The position numbers and the translations under genes are program-made. A stretch of DNA of 64,000 bases, from contig OZ316775.1 in NCBI GenBank assembly GCA_973851085.1, forward strand, positions 16,740,001 to 16,804,000. Direction: 5' to 3'. Below the pieces are notes generated by a model. That model had not been told where the DNA came from, ran no database searches, and saw nothing but the letters and a program-made list of their open reading frames with translations. This document shows, in pieces, positions 25,664-39,499 of this stretch; position 1 is the first letter of the stretch; every line of letters starts with the position of its first letter. Origin of the DNA: Ptychomitrium polyphyllum. Its lineage: Eukaryota.

Positions 25664-28449
25664 TCAGCTGTTGGATTGAGCAGTATACAATGATGATGCG
25701 TGGGGAAGCTTAGCCACGCCGAGAACCTTGGCCAGCGAGTACTTTTTGTGTACCACGGTCAAATTGCCCTCCGCAGCCTTGCTGTGCAGGATAGCCATCA
25801 GCGTTGCACACTCCCTGCACTCAAAACAATCAAGGTGAGGATCTAATAATCTGCGCGTCTTCACTGCAGAGAGTATAGAGAATCTGCATGAGTGAGAAGA
25901 TGAATGAAAATAAAATTCAGCATTTTTAGAATGAGGACATGTCGGACTTACTTCATTTGGACTTCAGTGTAGCCTGAGTGTTTCTGGAGAGCTGGTCCCC
26001 ACCGACATTCTCTGTCAACTGTGACCTGGGCGGTGTACACAGCTGCGGCAGCGAGAAGAGAAGGGGCGTACTTGATCATGGAGTAGTCGGTGAGGCAGAG
26101 CTCCACCAGGAACCACGCAACCATCTCGAGCTGCGAACCAATTGCCTTCTCCTGCTTGTCAGAAGCAGCAGCCTTGAGGAGCCGAACGATGAAGACGTAA
26201 GGGGTGGGCACGGTGAGATTGAATTTCAGAGTGTTGAGCATGTTCTTCTCCATGGTCAGTACTTCATCGCGCGTATAGGCATTGTCAGAAATGTGGACAA
26301 AATCATTGACTTCAGGGGCCCAAATCTCTTCGTACTTGGCTGCCAGAAGCATAGCGGTAACTCCCACGAGCTGCAGGTTCTTGCGGGATACGCTTTGAAC
26401 GCACAAGTACCGGTCAATAAGATTTGTAGTAAGGAATAGAGTCTCTGGCATCAACTTGAACTTCAGGTGCACCTCAATAAGCCAATCGATAAGAATTGCG
26501 CGCATTTTCTCATTAATGTCAGACTGACGAGACATGTAATCTGCCGGCACGCAGCTCTGTATCTCAGTCTTACGGTAAAATCCGTAGATGTCCTCAATAT
26601 ATTCGACCACTGCGAGCTGGTTGCCCGTGTCATGCTCGTCAATGTTGGGAACTGGCTCCTCAGCCTCATGCATATCAGCATCGTACACACGCCGTGCTAT
26701 CTGTAGCCGAAAAGGATGAATTAGCAAAGTCACTTGAAAACTATCCACAGGAATCAGACGTTCCGATTTCAAATTTCAGACGACCATTCAGATGCAGCAA
26801 GAAAGGCCACCTCACTGCGTTCGGTGAGAGTAGCTGTCAGAGTTTGCTCCTTCTCCTTCTTCACCACCTTGGACCGAGAGTGTGCTTTGAGGCGAGCTGG
26901 ATTTCCGGTCTGGTAGGTTATCAAAGTACTTTTATCAGAAGAGACCTGAGAGTCTGCGGAAACAACCTGAGAGTCTGAGCTCGCAGTGCTAGTTTCTCTA
27001 GGTTTGGGCTGAGTTGTGCGCCTCTTGGTTGCGCCCCAGGTAGCCACATCCTCTGCTGCCGTCAACTCTGCCTTCGGAACCTCGGCAGAAACTGGTACCT
27101 GTTTCAAAGATGAGTGTTGAGTATCGAGTTGCTAAGCGACTCAGTGAGTGGAGGCTGAGATCTACAGTGGTGATTCCCGTGCGCTATGACCCAGAAGTAC
27201 CCAAAGAAAATTTAAATCAAGAAGAATGATCAAGGTGCTATTTACAGAGAGGTGAAATTCCCTACCGCTGCAACAGGAACCCGAGCTGCAGCAACCTCAT
27301 TGTTCTGAAGATTGGCCCCAAACCTTCTGTAGACATGAAAACTAAGAATTATGATGCGTGACAAGAGGATATACGATAATTCAGATACGTGTGGGATAGT
27401 CAATCAACGAAGTCAAGTTACACTCAAAGATTACCGTGTGATTGGGCGTGTGATAGCCTCCGGTTGCAGCACAGCTTGCTTGGGAACAGGTCTACGCATC
27501 AGCAACCCAGAGAAGGTTGGATTAGAAAAACGACAGTACTCGAACGAAATTCCTTCAGCTGGAGGGAGGAAAGTTTCGGCCAACAGTTATCAACAAGCAC
27601 GTCAAGAATCACGATGAAACACAGTAAACTTACTCGACAACGCCTTCTTTCACATTGCAGCGGACTGACATAGCACCGACGAGGTTACCGATGTCACCCA
27701 ACGCCCTCCGGTTGGTGGCTTGAGCTGCCCTAGTGTTGCGAGCGCCAATACCTGCTGCAGCTGGAATATCCAAGGAAGTCATGTGAGCCACTAAAACCGA
27801 CACCTAGGAGACAACCAGAACTCTGGTACACTGCAAGGCGGCGGTACTACCGGCTCCAAACACCGCTTGAGTACTACGAAAGTAAACACTGAGAATAGAA
27901 CTCGTTTGCATAGGGCAGCATACAACAAAATGCGGGATCCCAGAAGGACATCGGCATCCTCCAGGATTATGCGAAGTCTTTAGGTTATCAACCAGTACGA
28001 AATTTACGACGCAGATTAATACTTCAAAGTCATGGTGAGTCGCTTCAGATTGCTTACCTTTAGCCGGGACAGCTGCCTTGCCGCCATCGCCTCTCTTGTT
28101 CTCATCGCCGAAGCTAGACTGCTGCTGCAATACCACAAACCCGAGACTTAGTTCATGTCGCTCAATGGTAATGTACCCATCTGCCCGCGTCAGCATAGTT
28201 GAGTATCTGTTCCCTGTATGTAGGGTACCGGGGAGCTTTAATTCAAATTGTTCCGATTCTCAAGGATTGGAAGCCTTCGTCATCGCAAGGACTGGATATT
28301 ACAACTCCTCCCGTCATGCCACATTGTCCGCATTCTCCGAGAAAGACTAATGACCTAAACCATGGATCCATTTCCAATACCGCTCGACTGTTAAGGAACC
28401 AAAGAGTCCACAGACGATGGATAAATGCACTCACCCTTGTTGCGAACAT
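25664..28449 (-). CDS. CYCB: B-type (mitotic) cyclin, ~504 aa; exons 28449-28435, 28124-28058, 27760-27634, 27491-27435, 27326-27266, 27098-26811, 26700-25952, 25814-25664
   Basis: Destruction box RRALGDIGN, plant CYCB motif RPITRRFGANL, cyclin box INEKMRAILIDWLIEVHLKFKLMPETLFLT, LAAKYEEIWAPEV, VHKKYS. All splice phases are consistent. Confidence 0.95.
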
Positions 28450-29090
28450 GATTCTTGGCTTCTGATCACACTCAAACGAGGATCTCAAAAACCACAGCTA
28501 CTCCAGTCGCCAACTCGACCCGTGTACTTCCACTTCTTGTAAATACGGCTTTGAGGAAAACACTGGCAATGGTAATGGCGAATATCTCGGGCCGACACTA
28601 AACTCACCTCACCCGGGACTAAAAAGTACTATCCTTCACATCCTTCGCTACTCAACCTCCACAACCTCTCAAACACAACTCTCCACCACTGCAGACAACC
28701 CTCAAGTCAAAGAACCGAGAATTCCAACAAATTCAAAAACGCAGCTGGACCCAAACTCTGCTCCTCTGCGCGCCAGTCGCACAACCTGTCCTCTCCCCTC
28801 TCAACCCCAGGGCAGGAACAAAACTCCTGGGATGTGTTCGAACGACCTTTGACGTTCCCCAACGCAAGCTTTCAATCTCTCCCTCAAACCTCTACATCAA
28901 CACTCACATGCAAACCAGATGCTCAAATGCAAGCCAGAGACGATCTCAGTAATCACAAAACGACTTCTACAGCTGAGAGATCACAACAAGACCACTGATT
29001 GATAGTGCGGTGCGGTGATTCACAGCCCGATGTCGGAATGCACACTCTGATCTGCACTCCATGGCCCTCCTCATAGTGACAGAAGCGAGC

Positions 29091-29402
29091 CCAACGGCTA
29101 TGTCCCGCGACCAGCAACGGTACTGCTCGAAAAGCCGTCGATCTTCCCATCGGACGGCCCGGCGACCTCCGATGCCTCATCCATTCTACTGTGTCTCACA
29201 CTCATCCAATTCACCCGGTTTCTCATCCGCGTTCTCGTCGAGCTTGTTATCCGTTCATTAGAATGCGTCGGATCCAACGACGTGGTGTCGGTCCGACGGA
29301 CCTTATTCGTCGCTGTCGTAACCTTCCTTCATCTGCTAAGGGCCGTTGGTATCATCCATCCAGAAGCATAAATCCAGCCGGACGATTTGTGTCATCAAAC
29401 GG
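29091..29402. promoter_or_regulatory. Cluster of MSA (mitosis-specific activator, AACGG core) elements upstream of cyclin B
   Basis: AACGG/CCGTT cores at 29093, 29116, 29251, 29343 and 29398, including CCAACGGCT and CCAACGGCC. MSA elements bound by MYB3R factors are established for plant CYCB promoters. Confidence 0.75.
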
Positions 29403-30208
29403 TCTCCTTGTGCTCTATTATCGTGAGAGAGAATTTTAGCAGAGACGTGGGTCAGAAATGAGAACTAGTTTATCATTGGATCTATAAATGGAAGCTCACT
29501 CTTAATCTTGATTCGGGAAATTGTAATTGAACCCGGTTTTAAAAATCTTCCGGTTTTGACCCACGTGTACTTTTCTATGCTTTTCAGGGTTTGTGATTAT
29601 TAAATATAGGCCTGCACTTAATCGGCCAGAGCCCCTTGGCCACCGTGGCTACCACGCCATGATCATGTATAATTATGTAATCTGAGCTGGCCGGTCTGAA
29701 TGGCGTCCTTAGGACTCGCTCCACTCTCTTTCTGCCGAGCTGGACTTGCTGGCGTCTCTTTCCCCTTCCTTGCATTCGCTTACCGTTTTTCGAAAACCGT
29801 GTGGTAATTCTTGATCAGCTTTTCCATCAACCTGTGTTTTCACTCACGAAATGAAAATGGCAGATATGACTGACTGAAGGGTGGATGGGATGGTATTTCT
29901 CTTTATCAGTTTCTCGTTTCTCATGAATTGTTGGTTCTGAGTTACATAGCAGTGATGGAATCTTTACCATAGTCTCATAGTACGTTTTTCACTTGCTTCA
30001 CTACTATTTTGATACTTTCAATTTTATTCTCCAAATTTAGATTTTTCTCTTGCAAGAAATGATTTTTTTAAGATACTGTCATGTGGTTTTAGGATTAAAT
30101 GGTGATAAATTACATATGATTATGGTCGTGTAAAAGAATTTGTATTCTCATGATCTACATAATTCCACAACATCTTGCTCCACACATGAAAGGAAATCAA
30201 ATTTCTCT

Positions 30209-30297
30209 TGAACTATTTAAATTATCTTGGGACTTTGTAAACTCCTGAACTATTTGAATTATCTTGGGAATTTGTAGATTTTGGGAATTTGTAGATT
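30209..30297. repeat. Local direct/tandem duplication (TGAACTATTT.AATTATCTTGGGA.TTTGTA x2; TTGGGAATTTGTAGATT x2)
   Basis: Directly visible in sequence. Confidence 0.8.
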
Positions 30298-31014
30298 GAA
30301 TTGTGAAATTTTGACATATAAATATTAATATATTTATATGTTGGTAGAAAATTTCTAATATATATATGTAGAAACAATGAAAGCAAACTCCACCACCATC
30401 ATTTCAATCTTTGTCTTATATTTCAACCTTTATCTTCCAATGTATTAAGGTGTGGTTTAGACCATAATTGAGTACTCTTGTGGTGCTAGATATCATATTG
30501 GCAAGCCAAATGAAACAAGGTTTGAACAATTGTACTTTGACAGCTATCCAATGAAGAACGAACTCATTTTGAGGCCATGATTATACCTTGAAAAGACCCC
30601 AAGAGTACAACAAATGATGAGTTGCTTATCTACAACCCCTACAGTAAGGGGTAGAAGCCAACACAAATTCTCAAAAACACTTCTTCCAATAAAGTCTTAG
30701 CATCCTACTTTACGTTTATAAAGTAAAAGCTTTCAAAGTTGCTTGATTTACAAAGATTTACTACCCATTGAAAGATTACAAACTGTCAATAATGTGTTAC
30801 TGAGAATCGTTCTACAAACTTGCGTCTGAGCACCCCAAACTGTTGTCAAACAAAATTAAGTTCGGAAAAGTATACCCGACTTGGGCATCAGAGGTGCTCG
30901 TAACAAAACAACCCATTCTGTTTAAAGGGCAACGTCCGTTGGAACTATGTTGTACGTTGCCATTGTGCTGATCTACAAAACAGCAACAGTATAGAACCAC
31001 AGCATCAAGTTTGG

Positions 31015-34000
31015 CTACCTTTGACGCAGGGCTGTGAGATCCGCCAAGTGCCGCATGGTTGGCCGACCATGCGGGCAATTCCAAGGGGCATCGAGATCTG
31101 CCAAGTGGCACAAGATCTGTCACAACCAAAGCACCGATTAATTGAACGCAGTTTACCAAAGGCTTTGACTGCAATAAAGAGGATACCTGGAGCTTGAACT
31201 TGGCCGGAATGCAAGGAGGAGAAACATCTACAGTGAGCGGAAGACAAAAATGGAAGATGCACACCTTCTCCATCTCTTTTTTACAAAGAGCGTCGCCAAT
31301 CATTATGGAGGATCTACAGGCTCGAGAGGCTAACATTCCTCGAACTCTAGATGGGCGGACAGCAGATAAGAGTCCTCCCTTCTGTAATCCATTCTGTTCT
31401 TTACAAGTGGGACTGGCTCTAGAAACTGGCGCTGATTCATTTGCAAGAATTCCTACAAGCTCCTGCACATCTGCGAAAGGCAAGTCAAGCATGAGCAATG
31501 CTCAGAGTGGTAGCACTACGAAAGACCACGATATGGGGAAGCATTTGCTTCCAATATACAGGAAAGCACAGAAATAGTTGCAAGACGGCTGCTGCTAAGA
31601 AGGTACATATGCTAGCCCAGAACAAGCTAAATCTAATGGCATACCCAAGGTAACATACATAGCAACTATTGCCAAAAGAGCTGTATCTAAAGAGCTAGCC
31701 CTTCAGAATATATATCAGCCTGTGTTACATCTGAATACAAGCAACGTACCTCCAATGCCAAACGTGATGTTTTTGCTGAAGGGAACAGCACTAAGTAGAA
31801 GCCGTCTTCCTGGAGGTGAATTCTCATTCTCCACAAAATCGAACCCATTTTGTCTGCCAAAAGCCAAGTTTAGTTACAAGTGAAAACGTCCTTAAAATGA
31901 CTTGCGGATTCAAATGTGAAGCCTGAGGTAGAGAATAACCCATATATCTATAAGTTCCTTATAAGAGGCTCATCATTAGAGGAAAACAAAATAATAAAAA
32001 TTCAAAATAAGATCGCATTCAAATAAAAAGCTTACTCATACAATCATTGTAAAGAAGACAGTAGCGTGAATGAACTGCTGCAACAATGGAGGTGAGAAGC
32101 AAAGTAGCATTCGCAGAAAGATGCCATCTGAAACAACCAATTCTGTAATATGTCCCACCAACCTGAATGTTTCAATGTGAGTGATTACAATAACCTCTTC
32201 AGCAGCTGACAGCTCCACGGGCATAGGCCTGCAGTAATCTTTAAACACAAGTTGAATGCTAGTAGAGGGTCTTTCCTGTTCATGAAAGTACTTGCTTGTC
32301 TCTAAGACATACCTACATGCTATGCAAGAACTTTTCGTGATTTTATTTTTGAATCAATAAAAAAGCAACTTACTAAGCACAAAAGTGAAAATAAAAAATT
32401 ATATAAAACAGCCCGTTGGAGATATAATACTAGCATATACAACAGCCCGCCCGGCTATGCCCAATTTGCGTTCCATTGCAGATAACAATACATACTAATG
32501 AGACATATCCAAGTGAATAGGCAGAAGCATACAAACGCACCGCATAAGGGGTTGCTTGTTCAGCACTGTGGTCTTTGATAAACGCTCAAAATTGTACTTT
32601 TCATCGGATGCATGCTGTTCCAATAATGATCCAGTGGCACTCCGTTATTGCTAAACTAAGTGAATTTACAAGAGAAAGGAAACGAGAAGATTGAGGCTAT
32701 CATTCGAGTAATACAGTACATAACATTGACATGTGACGCAAGGATTTCAAGTACCTGGTCCACGATAAAAAGGTCTTGATCCAACTTTGCAAGGATGAAT
32801 CCTAAATTAAACTGTCCAACCACCTGTATGAAAGACACTCAAGAGTATAGGTGAAGCAGCTGGTCGAAGAACAACATCATAGTCCTCCATACACCAATAA
32901 TAAAGTAGCACCAATCAAGCACCTTGTTCAAAACTTAGTGAAAGTGAGCATATAAATGAAAGAGAACTTAGGTACAAGCAATAAAAACATCAATTCTATC
33001 ACCGCACAAGTAAAGACAAGACGAACTACCTTCATATTCTTGAAGTCCGCTTTGTTGAAGGTACGTTCAAGTTCCTTGGTTGCAGCTGCAAGCGCTGCTT
33101 CTTTCTCAGCTCCACCTTTAGTTACTCCATCAGCTTCCAGAGTTGCAGCAGTGAAGCCCCTGGCCATCAGGATAAACATGCAACAGCTACTTAAACTTTC
33201 AACACGGGATCTCAATTCGAGCAGAAAGACTGAGCAGTGCAGTACTTTGAACAGGAAACCATGTCCTTAAAACAAATTTTGCAAATGACTCAGTTACTCA
33301 TTATCAACACAATTGTAGGTCCAAGATATGTAGGTCCAAGATATGTAGCTCACCTCATTCTTTTGAGAGGTTTTCCATGTACAGCCACCTCATCTACGAA
33401 ATGTAATAGTCCACGTCTCCTTTTCAGTCGAAGCTTCTGGACATCAAATACAACTTCTGTTGTGTCCACTTGTACGTTGGAAGGCTGATCTGCAAGGCAA
33501 ACACGTCGAAACCCAACATTGTCAATAGTTCCGTGCATTCAAAAAATACAAGGAATACGTGGAGCAACTGATGCAAGAAACATCTACTAATTAAACATGG
33601 AAGTAAAGTATGCGATAGTTTCAGGAAGTACTAACCAAGTGTTTTGAGCCCAACAACTTCATTAGCTGTGCTTCTATTAAGTGATGAAAGCTTAGAAATC
33701 TCGTCATCCAGATTGACGAAATCATCGTCTTTGTCTAAACCTGATGCAACTCCGGAAGATTTTAAATGGCCACCTCCCGCTTGATCCAGACCGATTACTA
33801 GTTTGGGCTTTGAAGCAAGGGGTGCTGGAGTATCCTCAGTGTGGTCCACACAACATGAAACATGTTCGTCAATTGGATTCACAGCAGTGATATCTTCAAC
33901 TTCCATTGGACTCTTAAGACCCGGTTCGACAATCTCCAATTCCTCTGCATCCTTCATTTTAGAATCGTCCGGTGCAGGAGCAACGACATCCCTGCAGCCA

Positions 34001-36234
34001 AAAAGAAATAAAGCCCACTGGATGGAGATTATTTTTAACTAATTTCCAAGTTCTTTTTGTTGCCAGATAATGCGCAACTGGGCTTATTAATGTTTGGTTC
34101 AATAAGCAGTACCTGGATAAACGAACATATATAAGACTCACAAACTTTGAAGTAACTTGATTAGAAACATCTTGGTAGGATGAGCAAAAACAATTACGAC
34201 AAGAGCAAAGATACTTTACCTTTCTATTGCATTAGACCTCTTGCTTGCTGAAGCAAAACCTGTGAGCCGAGACTGCATTATCTTAGAAGTATTATGGCTC
34301 ACTTTTGAAATCTTCCCAGGTGCATCAACAATCCCCTTCCCACTTGCTCCAGTTTTGAATCCCTTCAACTTGAAAGACAAAAGGTTAAGAAAATCGCTCT
34401 TAGCTCGCTTTTCTTGTCCGGACGTTGATGGAGAAGCTGTGCGAATTTCAAAACTGGTTCTTCGTTCATTGGGTCCACTCTTTGGCATCCGAAGATCTAC
34501 ACTCTCCTCTTCAGTGCTAGCTGGCGTTTTCCCTTTCGGACTTTCGGGAGCTTCCTCGTCAGAATCTTCTTCCCGAATTGAGCTTCCATGTCCGCTCTCC
34601 AAAGCACCACAATTTGCAGTTTTCTGTTTGGTAGAAGTGGGTGCATCACCCAAGTTGTTGACGGAAAAGGTGTACTTCTCAGGAGTATACACACTTTCCA
34701 ATGCTTCCCTCAAAGCAACCAACAACTCTCCCTCCGTGTGAAGAAACACCTTCCGCTTGTCTGGCGTTACGTTCACATCATAAGCTGTGGGCGCCAGTAT
34801 AAAATTCAAAACAGCCATTGGTTTCTGAAGAGAATTGAAGGACCCATACAGCTCATTCAACAACTTGTTGATTTTAGGAAGGTCCACAGGACGGCCATTC
34901 ACGTAAACAAACTGCCGGTCACCCGAAGTCCTGCCACAACCAGCACCCGGCTTGGAGACGAACCCCTCCACACGGCAACTATCAGAGACTACTAAACTCA
35001 AAGGCTCTAGACATGTAGCTGTCTTGCCACCAAATACAGTGATAATGTTATCTTTCACTGAGCCGCTGCCCTGTGTCTGAACAATAGTCGTCCGCCCGCT
35101 CTTTCCAACTTGGTTGGTGCACACTATTCGAACGCCTTTGGCTATCAATGCATATGCCTGTGAACAATAAAAACACAAAGTTTGAAGCCCGAGAATCTCA
35201 AAGAACCGAACGAGGTACAACTCACAAACCCTAAACCTAGCCACAGTTGCAATACACTCAACCAGACAAACATTACGCGTACTAAGTGGTTCTCCAAAAT
35301 CTTACAATCTATAAGCAGACGCTGGTGTATGTAACTCTGCAATTCAACAATGAGAAATTGGCAAAGGAATCACAAACAATCCTAGAGTTGACTGAACAAC
35401 AATTGACCTGTAATACGGACAAGAGACGCCCGTACTCGCGCCGTATGTTGCGATTGAACTCCTTGTACCTGACAGGCAAGGGTAAGAAGAGCTTCGACAC
35501 TGCAACAGTTGTGCCAATCGCCCTCGCAACGCTGTTCTGAGAGACAAGAGCTCCCGAACGGTCATACGTCAGACGAGCGCCCACGGCTTCCTCTTTAGTA
35601 CGAGTGGTGACACTTACATCTGAGAGGGCGCACAGCGAACTTAAAGCCTCACCCCGGAACCCAAACGAGGACAGCGTTTGCAGGTCCGAGAAATCAGAAA
35701 TCTTGGACGTATGGTACTTTAGAGTTAGTCCCTGTAAACATCACATAGCCCAAATCGAATCCTCGGTAAAAAGCTCCAATATTTGTGATAAATCTCAGAG
35801 GATGTAACTTTCAGAACTTGAACCAACCGTGACAGATTCAAGCAATTCCGAGGCTCATGTGTGCTGCATACCTGGTAATTCTCGGGTGACACCCCAGACC
35901 CATTATCTGCAACTTCGATCAGCACGCTCCCATATTCTTTCAGGCGAATTTCCACACTAGTAGCGCCAGCATCGAGACTATTCTCCACAAGCTCCTTCAC
36001 GGCCGTGGCTAAATCCAGCACCACCTGCAGCAGTGAAATGAAATAGCTCAATACAACATAACAATGCATCCCACTCGCATCACCACATTCAACCAAAGGC
36101 AACAAAACCCACGTTCAGAAAATCGTGGTCTCTGCTCACAGAGAGTCGCGACCCACCTGGCCGGAGCAGATGCGGTGAACTGCCGACTTCTCGATGGGCT
36201 GAATCTTACCGCCTCCGCTGCTGCTCGTCACCAT
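31015..36234 (-). CDS. PMS1: DNA mismatch repair MutL homolog PMS1 (plant/yeast) = PMS2 (human), multi-exon
   Basis: [95 protein letters not shown], endonuclease motif [24 protein letters not shown], and C-terminal [14 protein letters not shown] ending at TAG 31015. Confidence 0.96.
33314..33348. repeat. 15-bp tandem duplication (TGTAGGTCCAAGATA x2) in a PMS1 intron
   Basis: Directly visible. Confidence 0.8.
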
Positions 36235-37685
36235 GATTGCGAGTCCCCTCACATTCACTATGGAAAACAAAATTCTGGTCACCCCAAATTCGGTTCTGTG
36301 AGAGAACCCCTTCAGCTAGTGATGCACAAAGAAGATGACATGATTCGCTACAAAAGGAAGCACCTTGTTAATTGTGAAAGCGCACAACCATCGTTGTGCA
36401 ATTCATGAAGAGTGAGTTGGGAAACATGAGGCACATCTTATCATGGAAATGCAGCTCAAGTGCTGTGCGTTTTGTTGTGAAAGCATTTAACCCCGAGGGA
36501 TGTCGTCAGTGGCAGGAAACGATGGAAACGACCTAACCAACGAAAGTCGGCTACGTTGGACGGAAAACGTGGACCAAAGTGAGATTCGTCTGCCTGACCT
36601 CCGAACTTGTCCTCCAGGTAAGGTAACCAAGAAGTCACTCTGGTTTTTTGGGGGTTGGCGACGTGAATGAAGCGCCTTTTCCTTGGGGTTAGCCCTAGAA
36701 TTTTAGATGGAAACATACTTTAATATACTCGCTTGAAGTTTATTTTGATACTCACTTGACGTCAAGCTACGTGTTGTTAACGATAGATTCAATGGAATAC
36801 TGCGAGATCTGCATTTCACCAGAGCAGTGCGGGATCTGCAACTTACATCTTCATCATGCAGTGTAAGTTTGGGTGCCTGTGTCAAATACTATAAAATAAT
36901 AATTGTCAAGATTGGAAATTGAAGAAAGTGGAATTTTCGTAGCAAGATGAAAAACCAAAAGCATGTGGATTGTTTAAATTCCTTCTTCCGTTGTGTTGAT
37001 AATCTGACTCCTTACTACCAGTACTGCATCAAATCAACAGGTAATTAGTTCATGTATGCTTGTCTTTAGACAGAACTTTCAGCAGAAATGCACTTTCAAG
37101 ACCCACTTTGGCTATTAAGGTAATCCATCTCAACTCGTAAGTACTTTTTTTCGGTGTTCAACCTATCCCACATAAGTGTACGCTGTGCATCACCACCACA
37201 TTCATGACCATTACTCTTGAAGTAGGTGTAGACAAAAAATACCATGTTAATATTAATAAAGCAAAACATATTTTGTTGCTAAATGAGAACGGAGATGTAC
37301 AGATTCCCGTACGCATTCACAACAGTAGACTTGACTTTTCAAGCCCTAGTGTGGCTGCAGTCTCTGAAGAAAAACACAAAAAGAACACAAGACTACCTAC
37401 ACCACTACACGAGCCTGATCCTTGCTAACCATCCAATCTACAAAACGTGATACCTCAAAAGTGCAAGGATGTGCATACTCCAGAATATAGAGAATGACAC
37501 TAGATCACCGTCCACTATCACTATGCCTTAACACAAAACGTCTATCCTCCAGTACCCTGTATTGAACATTGATGGAGGACATCTAGATTTACAGCAGAAA
37601 ATCTGGTCGGACCTTTCCATGTACACGAACTTCACCACATGACCACCACAAAGGATTCACTATTCAGACGCTCACGATAGTCGAT

Positions 37686-38952
37686 TTAACCCCCTGCAAC
37701 GTTTCCCGGATGAGCAGTTCCGGTCTCCTTCACTTCTTCATGCATCTTTTGCAACTTTTCAACCTCAGGAGTGGGCCCCTACAACAGCACATCCACAGTC
37801 CTTCAGCTTAGTGCTACGCACATCGTCATTCTGATATCCTCATCAAAATACATCAGTAACATAAAACTCTGGTAGTGATGCAAACGTTGTCGCATTTCGC
37901 TTTAAAATAAACACTTTGAGAAGGCAACGACAACCGTTCAGCAGCAAGCACATTCAGTTGATCCCTTTCAAACGATTTGTAAACATTACAACCAAGATAC
38001 CATGAAATACACCATCAAATGAGTCTCAAATCCTTGCTCAAGAAAATTCACACAAGTACGATACAAGATGTGGATCACTTTAACTAACTTCAAATACCTG
38101 AAGTTTCAAAAAAGAACATGAAACTGCAGCAAAAATACCTGTGTAGCCTTCATTCTCTCTTCACGCTTAGTGTTGATAAAATCTCGAGTACTCTTCTGCC
38201 TAGAAAGGTTGGGCGTAGGAACTTCACCATCAGTGTCCGACTTCCCCTTCCTTTCACTCCCTGGCGCAACTCCACGCTCTGTAGCTTTCTCATCAATCGG
38301 CGGCTCACCTGTCCCCCAGTTCGACGTGGAGCTATCTTCCGGCCGCTCTTGCGCAAACCCCCGCTTCACCTGCAAAGAAAAAGAACCAAGACTCACTCAT
38401 CAGCCACCCAACTTTCACAACACCCAAACCCACCTCTCAATTTCCTCACCAAAAAGGACCAAAGACCAAAGACCAAAACCCACGTTGATGAAATGAGCTA
38501 AAACAAAAACTCTCATTACACTAAAACCCACCACTATATTCCCTAAGAACAAGAAAAACAAAAACTGGACCTGAGAGAAGTCATCAAGGGCATCTAGATC
38601 CTGGTGACTTACTTAGTAACACTACCCTGAACAGACTCTTGATGACTCACGCCAACCTCTTGACCAGAGGTACTTCTCATCCTTAAAACTAAAACCCATG
38701 TTCACAAACTAGAAAGCCAAAACAAAAAGTTTCACGTGACACCAAAAACCCTTCTCTCCAGTCCCACAACAACAAACCCTAAAGATGAGCCCACCTCTCC
38801 AGTCCCTCAACCAGAAACCCAAAAGACGAACCCACCTCTCCATTCCCTCAACATGAAACCCTAGAGGTGAATCAAAAACTTAGAAGGTGGTGAATTGCTG
38901 TACCTGAGGGAGACGGTGCAGCACGGAGGCAGTGCGGCGCCAGAGCTGACAT
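37686..38952 (-). CDS. Small hydrophilic protein of unknown function (~136 aa), possibly organelle-targeted/LEA-like; exons 38952-38904, 38688-38651, 38369-38139, 37778-37686
   Basis: Canonical GT-AG sites join in frame: MSALAPHCLRAAPSPSVLRMRSTSGQEVG|VKRGFAQERPEDSST...REERMKATQ|GPTPEVEKLQKMHEEVKETGTAHPGNVAGG*. The last two exons are well supported; the first two are less certain. Confidence 0.65.
38740..38861. repeat. Degenerate ~40-bp tandem repeat (2-3 copies) in intron of the small gene
   Basis: AAAGA.GA.CCCACCTCTCC..TCCCTCAAC..GAAACCC units at ~38781 and ~38822, with a partial copy at ~38745. Confidence 0.7.
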
Positions 38953-39219
38953 TGCAATGCCATTGGGACTTGACTTCTGTGGAACTGTGAGGGCACCAGG
39001 GCAACCCTCTCCGTGTGCACTGCGGTGACTCCTCACTGATCACCGTTGACCTATGCTGCGTATATGTGGGCGACGAGGAGTACTTCGGAGCACCCGAGAA
39101 GTGGCAAATCCTAGCGTTGCGGGGCTCAAGGGCTCAAGGGCAAGGTGTGGGTTTTTCTACCTCCGGGGCTGTTCCGGATTGCGACAACTGGTCAGGTGCA
39201 GGGCGAGGTGCTACGGTTC

Positions 39220-39230
39220 CACGTGTCGGC
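39220..39230. promoter_or_regulatory. Overlapping ABRE/G-box (CACGTGTC) and DRE/CRT core (GCCGAC on - strand)
   Basis: CACGTGTCGGC lies ~270 bp upstream of the small gene's ATG; both motifs match established consensus. Confidence 0.5.
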
Positions 39231-39499
39231 TGGTGGGGCGGCAAGAGGGCAACGGGGCGGAAAGATAACGGGGGACAGAAAAGGACGGAAAGGGAGCGAC
39301 ATCACGGTTGCAGAATCCATGGGCGCTGTAAGGGGCAACACGTTCCTTTTAAAGTGCTTTTTCGAGGACCCCATTCTCATTCATTCGAAAGATTGAAATG
39401 GTCGCGGGCTTTTCCGTACAACACAAATGGCCATTGCAGCACTAGCAAGTTGTGCATCACATCCTTTCTATGGACCTAAACCAATATAAATGTGACATG

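Noticed and set aside
30812..31014. C-terminal extension of PMS1 implied by the 228-aa ORF
   Set aside because: The true last exon is in another frame and ends [20 protein letters not shown] at 31015.
36600..36850. E2F site in the PMS1 promoter
   Set aside because: Only partial matches (TTGGCG, GCGGGAT); no full TTTSSCGC consensus.
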